Shown: positions 9,400 to 18,800 of the stretch, one piece after another
Layout: every line of letters starts with the position of its first letter
How positions within the stretch are numbered: position 1 is the first letter of the stretch
NCBI GenBank assembly: GCA_963770895.1
Contig: CAVYRF010000002.1
Span: 3,584,001 to 3,648,000, forward strand
Source of the DNA: an uncultured Acidobacteriota bacterium
Lineage (GTDB): Bacteria; Acidobacteriota; Thermoanaerobaculia; Multivoradales; UBA5704
DNA length: 64,000 nt
Direction of reading: 5' to 3'
Notes under the pieces: generated by a model
Seen by the model: only the letters and a program-made list of their open reading frames with translations
Database searches by the model: none
Told to the model about the DNA's origin: nothing
Made by a program: the position numbers and the translations under genes

Positions 9400-11260
9400 G
9401 GAGGCCTCCGGCGGCGGCAGTGCCGAGATAGGCGCCGATGACGCGCTCGTCCTGCCGCACCTGGTCGGGGGTGCCGTTGGCGATGCGTTGGCCGAAGTCC
9501 AGCACGGTCACCTCGTCGGAGACCGACATGACCAGGTCCATGTGGTGCTCGATCAGGAGGATGGCCAGACCGCGCCGGCGCAGGGCGTCGATCAGGGCAT
9601 CGATGGTGGCGATCTCGCCGCTGGTCAGGCCCGCGGCCGGCTCGTCGAGCAGCAGCACTGCCGGATCGCCGGCCAGGGCGCGGGCGATTTCCAGCAGGCG
9701 CTGCTTGCCGTAGGGGAGGCTCTTGGCCGGCTCGGCGGCGCGCTCGGCCAGGCCGACGAAGGCCAGCAGGTCGAGCGCCCGCGCCCGCGCCTGGCGCTCC
9801 TCGCGGCGCGACCGCGGGGTGGCCAGGAGCACCGGCGCCAGGCCGCCCTGGAAGGTGTGCTGCAGGCCGACCAGCACATTTTCCAGGACGCTCATCTGGC
9901 CGAAGAGCGCGACGTTCTGGAAGGTGCGCGCGAGCCCCAGGCGCGAGATCTGGTGGGGCGCGGCGTGCGCGATGGAGCGCCCGCGCAGCTGGATGTCGCC
10001 GGCGCTCGGCCGGTAGATGCCGGACAGAAGGTTGACGGTGGTGGATTTGCCGGAGCCGTTGGGGCCGATGAGCGCATGCACGCGGCCGGCGCGCAGCACC
10101 AGGTTCAGGCGGTCCACCGCCACCAGGCCGCCGAAGGCGATGGTCAGGTCGCGGGTGGTGAGCACGGCATCGCCGGCGGTGCCGGCGAGATTGGTGGGGT
10201 TGGCGACGTTGGCAGCGTTGCCGGTGCCGGTAAGGTTGGCGGCGTTTGCAGGGTTGGCGGCGTCATCGGCGCGGCGGCGCGGGGCGAAGCGGCGGACCAG
10301 CGCTCCGGCCAGGCCGGCGATGCCGTCGGGGCGCAGGTAGAGGGTGATCAGCAGCAGGGCGCCGAAGATCATCAGCTGGTATTCGGCGATGGCGTTGAAG
10401 ATGTCGGGCACCACGATCACCACGAAGGTGCCGACCAGGTTGCCGAGGATCGAGCGGGTGCCGCCAAAAATCAGGGCGATCAGAAAGAGGATCGACAGCT
10501 GCAGCGAGAAGGTGGGCGGGCCGATGTACTTGTCGACGTGGACGAACAGGGCGCCGGCCAGCCCCGCCAGGGCGGCGCTCAACACGAAGGCCGCCAGCTT
10601 GAAGCGATAGCGGTTGACGGCGCAGCATTCCGCGGCGATGGCGTTTTCGCGCAGGGCTTCGAAGGCGCGCCCCCAGTAGCTGGCGGCGAGGCGATGGACC
10701 GCCACCAGCGACAGCACCATCAGCGGGTAGACCAGGTAGTAGAAGTGGTTGCCTTCGAAGTCCAGGGGCCCCCAGCGCAGCGCCGGCACGTCGCGGATGC
10801 CCTGCGAGCCGTTGGTCAGGCCGACGGCTTCGTTGGCGACGGTCTGCACGATGAGGCCGAAGGCGATGGTGGCCATCGCCAGGTAAGGGCCGGTGAGGCG
10901 CAGCGCCGGCATCCCGAGCAGCAGACCGAAGAGTGCGCCGACGACCACCGCCGCGGGCGCCGCCAGGAAGAACGGCGTCCCCAGCTTCCACATCAGGATC
11001 GCCGCGGTGTAGGCGCCGGCGGCGAAGAGTCCGGCGTGGCCGACCGAGACCTCGCCCGAGTAGCCGACCACCAGGTCGAGCCCGGCGATGACGATGGTGA
11101 AGATGCAGATCTTGGCCAGGACGCTGTGGATGTAGTACTCGTTGGCGCTGGCGAGCGGCGCGAAGGCGCCGGCGACGACCAGCGCCGGCAGGGCGAAGCG
11201 GCGGACGGCGGCGCCGGCGCGTCCGCCGGCGAAGCTGCCCGCCAAGCCGTCGCTCCCCAC
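9392..11260 (-). CDS. livM: LivM-LivG fused permease/ATPase
   Basis: Permease motifs GYSGEVSVGHAG and LRLTGPYLAMAT, followed by GPNGSGKS, RTFQN, LPYG.QR.LEIARAL, LLDEPAAG, IEHHM. Confidence 0.93.
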   Translation of the reverse strand: MGSDGLAGSFAGGRAGAAVRRFALPALVVAGAFAPLASANEYYIHSVLAKICIFTIVIAGLDLVVGYSGEVSVGHAGLFAAGAYTAAILMWKLGTPFFLAAPAAVVVGALFGLLLGMPALRLTGPYLAMATIAFGLIVQTVANEAVGLTNGSQGIRDVPALRWGPLDFEGNHFYYLVYPLMVLSLVAVHRLAASYWGRAFEALRENAIAAECCAVNRYRFKLAAFVLSAALAGLAGALFVHVDKYIGPPTFSLQLSILFLIALIFGGTRSILGNLVGTFVVIVVPDIFNAIAEYQLMIFGALLLITLYLRPDGIAGLAGALVRRFAPRRRADDAANPANAANLTGTGNAANVANPTNLAGTAGDAVLTTRDLTIAFGGLVAVDRLNLVLRAGRVHALIGPNGSGKSTTVNLLSGIYRPSAGDIQLRGRSIAHAAPHQISRLGLARTFQNVALFGQMSVLENVLVGLQHTFQGGLAPVLLATPRSRREERQARARALDLLAFVGLAERAAEPAKSLPYGKQRLLEIARALAGDPAVLLLDEPAAGLTSGEIATIDALIDALRRRGLAILLIEHHMDLVMSVSDEVTVLDFGQRIANGTPDQVRQDERVIGAYLGTAAAGGLHA

Positions 11261-11263
11261 GTT

Positions 11264-12142
11264 TCAGACCTTGGTGATCGATCGCCGGCCGAAGATGCCG
11301 GAAGGTTTGATCAGCAGGATGAGGATGAGCAGGATGAATCCGGGCGTGTCCTTGTAGCCGGTCGAAATGTAGCGCGCGGTCAGCTGCTCGGCCAGGCCGA
11401 TGAGCAGGCCGCCGACGATGACGCCGACGCCGGATTGCAGGCCGCCGACGATCGCCACCGCGAACGCCTTGATGCCGAGCAGCACACCCAGGGTGGGGCC
11501 GGCGAGCGTCAGCGGCGCCACCAGGACGCCCGAGACCGCGGCGATGGAGGAGCTGAGGATGAACGAGGCGGTGATCGCCGCCGGCACGTTGATGCCGGCC
11601 AGCGCCGCCGCCTCTTTGTCGGCCGCCACCGCGGTGACCGCCTTGCCCCACAGCGACCAGCGGCGGAACGCTTCGACGCCGGCCATGATCAGGGCGGCGG
11701 CGGCGATGACCAGCAGCTCCTGCGGCAGCAGGCGCAGGCTTCCCAGGCGCAGCGGCGCGCCGCCCAGGGGCGCCGGGAACGAATAGTCGTCGGTGCCCCA
11801 GATCCGCTCCGCGGCGTTGCGCGCCACGATCCCCAGGGCGACGGTGGCGAGCACCCAGGCGACCGGCGAGCCGGTGCGCAGCGCCGGCCGGATGGCCAGG
11901 TGCTCCAGCACGAGGCCGAGCAGGATGCCGGCCAGCGCCGCGCCCAGCAGCGCCGCCGGGTAGCCCAGCTTGAGGCGCACGTCCAGGGTCAGGCCGACCA
12001 GGGCGCCCAGCATGAGGAATTCGCCCTGGGCGAAGTTGACGGTGCGCGAGGTCGAAAAGGTGATGCTGTAGCCGAACGCCACCAGCGCGTAGATCATGCC
12101 CAGGGCGATGCCGGACAGGATCAGCTGAACCAGGTCGCTCAT
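11264..12142 (-). CDS. livH: Branched-chain amino acid-type ABC permease
   Basis: G.IYALVAFG, VNFAQGE, AALAGIN, KAFAVAIVGG, KPSGIFG. Confidence 0.95.
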   Translation of the reverse strand: MSDLVQLILSGIALGMIYALVAFGYSITFSTSRTVNFAQGEFLMLGALVGLTLDVRLKLGYPAALLGAALAGILLGLVLEHLAIRPALRTGSPVAWVLATVALGIVARNAAERIWGTDDYSFPAPLGGAPLRLGSLRLLPQELLVIAAAALIMAGVEAFRRWSLWGKAVTAVAADKEAAALAGINVPAAITASFILSSSIAAVSGVLVAPLTLAGPTLGVLLGIKAFAVAIVGGLQSGVGVIVGGLLIGLAEQLTARYISTGYKDTPGFILLILILLIKPSGIFGRRSITKV

Positions 12143-12170
12143 GGGCGTTCGCCGCGCGGGTGTGCGACGG

Positions 12171-13409
12171 TCAGGGTTTCGGCGGCTGGACCTGGCCGCC
12201 CTGCACGACGCCCATGACGACGTTGGCGCTGTGAATGGCTTCGTGATCGGTGGCGCTGAACGGCTGCGAGAAGGTGGCGATCACGCCGTCATAGGGCTTT
12301 TGCAAGGTTTCCAGCGCCGCCTTGATCTGCGGCCCGGCGGTCGAGCCGGCCTGCTGGATCGCCTGGGCGATCAGGTAGAGCGAGTCGTACCCCTGTGCTG
12401 CCGACACGGCGGACGGGATGCGATCGTCCTTGAACTTCCGCTGATAGTCGGCGATGAACTGCTTTGCCTTGGCGGTGGCGGCGCCGTTCTGGATGAAGGT
12501 CTGCGGCATGGTGGCGCCGTCGCCGTTGGCGCCCGCGGCTTCGATGAAGTTGGACATCGACAGCGTCCAGCTGCCGATCATCGGCACCTTGTAGTCCAGC
12601 TTCTGCATGCCGTTGGCGATCTGCGCCAGCTCGGGGCCGATGCCGTAGACGAGCAGCGCCTGGGCGCCGGCGGCGCGCGCCTGTTCGAGCTGCGGCGTCA
12701 TGTCGGTGTCCTTGATCTTGAACTTGCCGACGTAGACCGGCTGCACCCCGGCGGCGGCGATCGCGGTCTGCATCTTGGTGCAGCCGTTCTGGCCGTAGTT
12801 GGTGTCGTCGCACAGGAAGGCAACCTTTTTGAGCCCGCGCTTGACGACCGCTTCGTGCACGATCATTTCGGCCTGGATGTTGTCGCTGGCGGCGATGCGG
12901 AACACGTAGTTGTCGGGATTGTCCTTGAACAGTTCGTTGACCGGCGCCCCCGCCGAGACGTTGATCAGCAGCGGCACCTTGGCCTGCATCGGATATTTGT
13001 AGCTGGCCAGGGCGACGCCGGTGTTGATCGGTCCGAGCACGGCGACGACCTTTTGATTGCTGACCAGGTCCTGCATGACCTGGGCGCCGCGCTCGTTGGT
13101 GGCCTGATCGTCGCGCTCGACCAGCTCGATCTGCTTGCCGAGCACGCCGCCGTGGGCGTTGATCTCGTCGGCCGCCAGGCGCACGCCGTCGCGCATCGAC
13201 AGCCCCATGGGCGACGAGCCGCCGGTCAGCGGGCCGTAGACGCCGATCTTGATGGTGTCGCCGCCGCCGGCACCACCGGCGCCCGGACCGCTCCCCGGCT
13301 TGGCGCAGCCGGCGACGAGCGCCAGGGCGAGCAGGGGCAGCGCCAGAAGGGTGGCGGTCCGCAGCAGGGTGCAGGTGGGTCGCGATTGCCGGAGCTGGGC
13401 TAGGAGCAT
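12171..13409 (-). CDS. ABC substrate-binding lipoprotein (LivJ/K family)
   Basis: Lipobox LVAGC; TIKIGVYGPLTG, EINAHGGVLGKQIEL, AQGYDS. ATG at 13409 with GAGG upstream. Confidence 0.9.
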   Translation of the reverse strand: MLLAQLRQSRPTCTLLRTATLLALPLLALALVAGCAKPGSGPGAGGAGGGDTIKIGVYGPLTGGSSPMGLSMRDGVRLAADEINAHGGVLGKQIELVERDDQATNERGAQVMQDLVSNQKVVAVLGPINTGVALASYKYPMQAKVPLLINVSAGAPVNELFKDNPDNYVFRIAASDNIQAEMIVHEAVVKRGLKKVAFLCDDTNYGQNGCTKMQTAIAAAGVQPVYVGKFKIKDTDMTPQLEQARAAGAQALLVYGIGPELAQIANGMQKLDYKVPMIGSWTLSMSNFIEAAGANGDGATMPQTFIQNGAATAKAKQFIADYQRKFKDDRIPSAVSAAQGYDSLYLIAQAIQQAGSTAGPQIKAALETLQKPYDGVIATFSQPFSATDHEAIHSANVVMGVVQGGQVQPPKP

Positions 13410-13596
13410 GGAAACCTCGCCAGGTTCAAGGGCCGCGTTGTGGTCGGCTCGACCCTGGGCCCGGTACCGAGCCCGGTCGATCGCCGCCGCGCGATCCTGT
13501 GTCATTGCTAGCACGATCGTTGCCGGGAGAATACCATTTCGTCACACGAGCGCCATAGCCGGCCGGACTCGGGGTCATGGCGACTGCGCTGGCCGG

Positions 13597-13718
13597 GGGG
13601 GCGGTCGGGGCTGTCGCCTATCACGGCGGTCCCTGCAGATCAGTCGCGGCTGCCGCCTGTCGCGACACTCCCGGCGGGGCGGTCGGGGCTGTCGCCTGTC
13701 CCGACATTCCCGGCAGGT
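13597..13718. repeat. Degenerate ~39-bp tandem repeat (about 3 copies) over the 3' end of the GT-C gene
   Basis: Units starting GGCTG(T/C)CGCCT at 13609, 13648 and 13687 (39-bp period). GGGGCGGTCGGGGCTGTCGCCT occurs twice. Confidence 0.7.
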
Positions 13719-15486
13719 TATTTCTTTGCAGCAGGGCGCAGCGGGCGGGGTTTTGGGGGTCCAAGGCGTCGATGCGATGGAAATTGGCCTGCAGGTAGGT
13801 CCAGGTCTGGGGGTGGGTGTTGGCGAAGGTCAGCTCTTCCTGGCGGTCGACGGTGGCGTCCGTCAGGATGACCCAGGCGACGTCGTGGCGGCGCAGCTCG
13901 TCGACCATGCGGCGGTCGAGCGGTCCGGCGGCCGGCCAGAGGGGGTAGATGTCGTAGACCGGCGACGTGCGCCCCAGGAACGGATACAAGCCGGGCAAGT
14001 TGGGAGCCATCAGGACGGGGGCGCCGGGAGGGATGCGGGCGGCGGCGCTCCGTGCCCAGGCCAGCAGGCCGGCGGTGGGCGGCCGCAGGTAGAGCGTTTC
14101 GCCGGCGACCTGGGCGGCGACCGAAGGTCTGCCGCTCAGAACGCGAAAGAACGGCTGGGCCGGCACCGCGGTGGCAGTGGTGATCCCGCAGAGCGCCAGG
14201 GCGACCGAGGCCGCGGCCAGCCATCTCGTCCCGCGGGCGGCCGGGCCAGGCGCCGAATCGCCGCAACCTGCGGGGTCGGGCGCAGTGGCGCTACTGCTGG
14301 CGGCGTCTGGCGCCCTGGGCGTGCGGCGCCGGTTCAGGATCGCCGCGGCGGCGCCGCCGGCGGCGCGCGGCAGGGCGACCAGACCCAGGAGCAGGGGCGG
14401 GATGCTGGGCGCCAGGTGGGCCAGGTCGGCGCGCGAAAATGCGTGGTGGGTGTAGACGCTGCCGACGACGACGGCGGCGGCGAACAGCGCGTGCCGCCGC
14501 AGGCGCGGGCCGGGCAGGCAGAGCACGGCGATGGCGCCGCCGATGAAGAAAGCCGCCATCAGCAGGAAGCAGAAGCTGATGCTGAAGGTCTGGGCGGCCG
14601 CCCACGGCGTCAGGCCGGAGTACTGGAAGCGCCAGGGCCAGGGTACCGGCAGCGGAAAGTTGGTACGCCCTTCGTGCACGAAAAAGAGGATGGAGTCCAG
14701 GTAGCTGCGCCAAAAGCCGGGCACCAGAGCCAGCATGGCAAGCAGCGGCGCCGCACCCAGGAGGATGCCCGCCGTCCAGGCTCCCAACCGCCCCGCCAGC
14801 CGGCGCAAACCGCGCCCGCCATCGCGCAGGTGGAGGAGCAGGATGAGCGCGAAAAAGGCGACCCCCAGGTAGAGGCCGTGGTTTTTCCCCATGAAGACGC
14901 CGAAACCGACCAGGGCGCCGGCGATGCAGTGCCGCCGGGCGGTCGGGCGCTCGATCAGGGCGACGGCGGCCAGCACCGCCGCCATGGTGATCGCCGGCTC
15001 GAACAGCTTGTTGCGCGGCAGCAGCCAGAGCGTCAGCACGATGCCGACCGCGGCCAGGCCCAGGCGGCTGGCGACGGCGCGGCGCGCCGCGAGCAGGCCG
15101 CAGAACAGGCCGAGCGCGGCAAAGACAGCCGTGCTGATGCGCAGCCCCAGCAACCCCTCCCCGACCAGCGGCGTCCACGCCGCCGCCCAGCCGTAGCGGC
15201 CGGGGTCGTAGGAATAGAAATCCCGCAGCGGCACGGCGCCGTGCGCGACGGCCACCGCGCCATACCAAAGGAATCCCTCTTCGTTGAACGTGAAGTCAAT
15301 CCGCAGCTGCGCCAGCAGCAGGCCCGCCACCAGCATCACGGCCAGCAGCGCCGGCAGCAGGACGCCGAAGTGGGCCTCAGCCGGCGGCGGAGGCGCCAGC
15401 GCTTCGCCTATGGGCGTCGCCGGCGGCAAGCCGCGTGTGGAGGCAGATGGGCCAGCGGGGGTCAGGGAATCGGAAGCCGGCACCAT
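13621..15486 (-). CDS. Polytopic membrane glycosyltransferase-like protein (GT-C)
   Basis: First TM followed by NEEGFLWYGA..V.HG.VP.RDF.SY.PGRY, about 10 TM helices, and a soluble C-terminal domain (P.LPGLY.F..R.SP). Confidence 0.7.
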   Translation of the reverse strand: MVPASDSLTPAGPSASTRGLPPATPIGEALAPPPPAEAHFGVLLPALLAVMLVAGLLLAQLRIDFTFNEEGFLWYGAVAVAHGAVPLRDFYSYDPGRYGWAAAWTPLVGEGLLGLRISTAVFAALGLFCGLLAARRAVASRLGLAAVGIVLTLWLLPRNKLFEPAITMAAVLAAVALIERPTARRHCIAGALVGFGVFMGKNHGLYLGVAFFALILLLHLRDGGRGLRRLAGRLGAWTAGILLGAAPLLAMLALVPGFWRSYLDSILFFVHEGRTNFPLPVPWPWRFQYSGLTPWAAAQTFSISFCFLLMAAFFIGGAIAVLCLPGPRLRRHALFAAAVVVGSVYTHHAFSRADLAHLAPSIPPLLLGLVALPRAAGGAAAAILNRRRTPRAPDAASSSATAPDPAGCGDSAPGPAARGTRWLAAASVALALCGITTATAVPAQPFFRVLSGRPSVAAQVAGETLYLRPPTAGLLAWARSAAARIPPGAPVLMAPNLPGLYPFLGRTSPVYDIYPLWPAAGPLDRRMVDELRRHDVAWVILTDATVDRQEELTFANTHPQTWTYLQANFHRIDALDPQNPARCALLQRNNLPGMSGQATAPTAPPGVSRQAAAATDLQGPP

Positions 15487-15725
15487 ATGAAAGCCGAGAA
15501 GGGGCGGAGACAAGTGAGTCTAGCATCGCGGCTACCGCGCCGGCGGGGACACGATAGCTGTGTTGCGCCGTGCAATTCGCAACAGCGCAATCCTGCATTC
15601 GCCATTCAGCGGTTGTTGCCGCGTAGTCCCGAAGCCATCATGTACGCGCAGGCGGAACGCGCCGACTTGGCTCCCATACCGCGGCGGGCCTGCTGGCCTT
15701 GACGAGCACATGCCAAATCAGTGTG

Positions 15726-15755
15726 TTGACGCAGGTGAATGGATACCGGTAGGCT
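15726..15755 (+). promoter_or_regulatory. Candidate sigma70 promoter of the giant-protein operon
   Basis: TTGACG-N18-TAGGCT in an AT-richer intergenic stretch. Confidence 0.35.
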
Positions 15756-15888
15756 GTATTCCGCTTCAGAGCTGCAGACGCCGGAATTAGCAAACGCGCG
15801 GGCGTGGCGCTCGACCGCTGTCGGGAATGTACTCAGCGGCCGGCGCCCTCATCGTCCGAGGTTCCTTGCTGACCTGCCGGAGGTGATA

Positions 15889-18800
15889 ATGCGGCACGTG
15901 GTTCGAGCGCCTGTGCGGTTCCGTCTCGATGCATCGGGCGCAGTCCGAGCCGGCATACGGTTCGTTGTCGCAGCATGCTCCCTGGCAGCTCTGGCCACCA
16001 CCACGCTGGCCGCACAGACGGTGACGCTTCAGGCGAGCGCCGACACCACTCTCAAGCAGGGCAGTCCCAACAAGAGCTTTGGCGGTGAGGCGAGCCTGAC
16101 CATCAAGGAAGGCGGCAGCCGCGTTCTCCTCCAGTTCGACGGCGGCGCCATCGCTGCGGCGGTGGCCGGCGGTAGCCTGGCCTCGGCAGAACTTCAAGTC
16201 TACATGGGCGCCAATGCGGGGAATTGGGGCGCCACAGGCCGCACCGTGGACATCTATCAGCTCACAACCGCGTGGACGGAGGGCGGAGCGACCTGGAACT
16301 GCGCCGCCGATCCGAACCCTGGGCATACCGGTGCCGGCTGCACGAGTCCCTGGTCCGGCGGCACTCCCGCACAGGGCGGCAATGGCGCGAGCGGAGACGG
16401 CGAGGCGACCGACACGGCGCTCATCACGAACGGCACCAGCGGCTGGGTGACGTTCGACGTGACCTCGGATGTCGCGGCGTTTCTCACCGGCACGCCGAAC
16501 AACGGATGGCTCCTCCAGAAGACGGACGAGGGCCAGGCGGGCAGGATCGATCTGGTCTCGCGGGAGGGAACGGCGGGCCTCGGCCCGAGGCTGATCCTGG
16601 TCAGCCAAAGCGCCACCTTCGACACGGTGCCGCCGTCACTCGCCATCGTGTCGCCGTCACAGCCGGTCTTGGTGAACGTGCCCGCACCGGCGGTTGGCCT
16701 CACCTATCAAGACCCCGGCTCGGGCGTCGACACCTCGACACTTCGAGTCGCAATCGACGGTCAGGATTTCAGCTCGGGATGCAGCATCGGAGCGCAGGCG
16801 GCGAGTTGTCAGGCGCCTGTGCTGGCCGCCGGCGCTCACACCATCACGGCGAGCGTGAGCGATCGCGCAGGCAACGTCGCTACGGCCACGACGAACTTCC
16901 AGCTGCTCCTCGGTCCCGGCATCTCTACTCTCACTGTCCCGGTGAGCGCCGACACCTTCGTCACCGCCATGAGCCCCGACCATGAGCACGGGCGCGCCGC
17001 CGTGCTGCGGGTCGAAAAGAGCGGCCCGAGCCGGGCACTGGTCGCGTTCGACCCCGGAAGCCTCGCGGCCGCTGTGGCCGGCAACCAGGTGCTGGCGGCT
17101 CAGCTTCAGCTCGGAGTCGCCGCGAATGCCAAGAATTGGGGAGCGGCCGGGCGCACCATCGGCGCCTACCGGCTGACCACGGCATGGTCCGAGGCGGCGG
17201 CGACCTGGGACTGCCCTGCCGATACCAACTTGGACAATGCCACACCCGACTGCGCGGCACCGTGGAACGGCGGCTCGTTCGTGGCCACGCCGACTGCAAC
17301 GGCGCTGATCACGCGGCAGACCATAGGGAGCGTGAGCTTCGATGTGACCGCCGACGTGACCGCCTTCCTCGCCGGCACCGCGAACGACGGTTGGCTGATC
17401 GCGAAGACCGACGAAGCGCTGGCCGGGCGGATCGATTTCGCCTCGCGCGAGGCGAGCTCAGGCCAGGCGGCGCAGCTCATCGTTCAGGTCCAGGTCCCGG
17501 CGCCGCTGCCAACGGTAGCGATCACCTCGCCGCCCGACGGCTCCTACGCGCGTACTGCGATCGTCCAGGTCACCGGGCAGGCGGGTGGGTCCGCGACCAG
17601 CGTGTCGGTGAACGGTCAGGCGGCGACGCTCGGTCAGGGCGGCGCCTTTACCACGCAAGTCACCTTGATCCCAGGTGCCAACTCGATCGTCGCCGTCGCC
17701 TCCGACGCCGCCGGCAACCAGGCGGCGGCCACGGTCAGCGTCATTCTCGACACCACGCCCCCGACCGTGACGCTGACCTCGCCGCTGCCCGGAGCAATCA
17801 CGAACCAGCCGCAGGTCGTGGTCTCCGGCACTGCGCTCGACGACAACGGCGTCGCCTCCCTCATGGTTGCCGGCCAGGCGGTTGCGCTCTCGGGCAGTCA
17901 GTTCTCGACCACGGTCCACCTGGCTGCGGGATCGAACCCGATCATGGTCACCGCCACCGACTTGGCGGGCAACACAGAGACCGTTTCGGTCACCGTGACG
18001 CAGTTCAGCGTGCCGGTGGTCTCGATCTCGGCGCCGGCCGACCTGAGCTATGTGAACGCCACCACGGTCACTGTGAGCGGCACCGCCACCGGCGCCACGA
18101 GCCTCAGTGTGAACGGCGTGGCGGCGGTGCTCTCGGCCTCTGGCTTTACCGCCGCCGGCGTGCCCCTCATCGAAGGCGGTAATACGCTCACCGCCACGGC
18201 TACCGACGGTCAAGGCCACGTGGGGATCGCGAGCATCAACGTGGTGCGCGACCTGACGCCGCCGCACGTCGCGATCTATACCCCGGCCGCCGGTGCCACG
18301 ATCACCGGCTCGTCGGTCACCGTCTCCGGCCTGGTGAACGACATCGTGGCCGGCACCGTCAACACCAGCAACGCGACGGTGACCGTGAACGGCATTCCAG
18401 CGACGGTCGCCAACCGCTCCTTTATAGTCCCCACTGTGCCGCTGCAACCGGGCAACAATATCCTGACGGCCGTGGCGGTCGATGCCGCCGGCAACCAGGC
18501 ACAGGCAACGGTCACAGTGCGCCAGATGACCCCGGCCGGTGCGCGCATCGCGGTGGCGGCCGGCAACAGCCAGAGCGCGCCGATCGTGACATCGTTGCCG
18601 CAGCCCCTGGTGGCCGTGTTGCTCGACCCTTCCGGTCAGCCGGTCGTGGGGCAGCAGGTGCTCTTTCAGGCCATTGGCACCGACGGCACCTTCGACAACG
18701 GGCGGCGCACCTATGCCGTGACGAGCGATGTTTCGGGCCAGACCACGGTGCACTTTACGGTAGGGAGCCACGCCGGCGCGGGCAACCAGATGGTGAAGGC

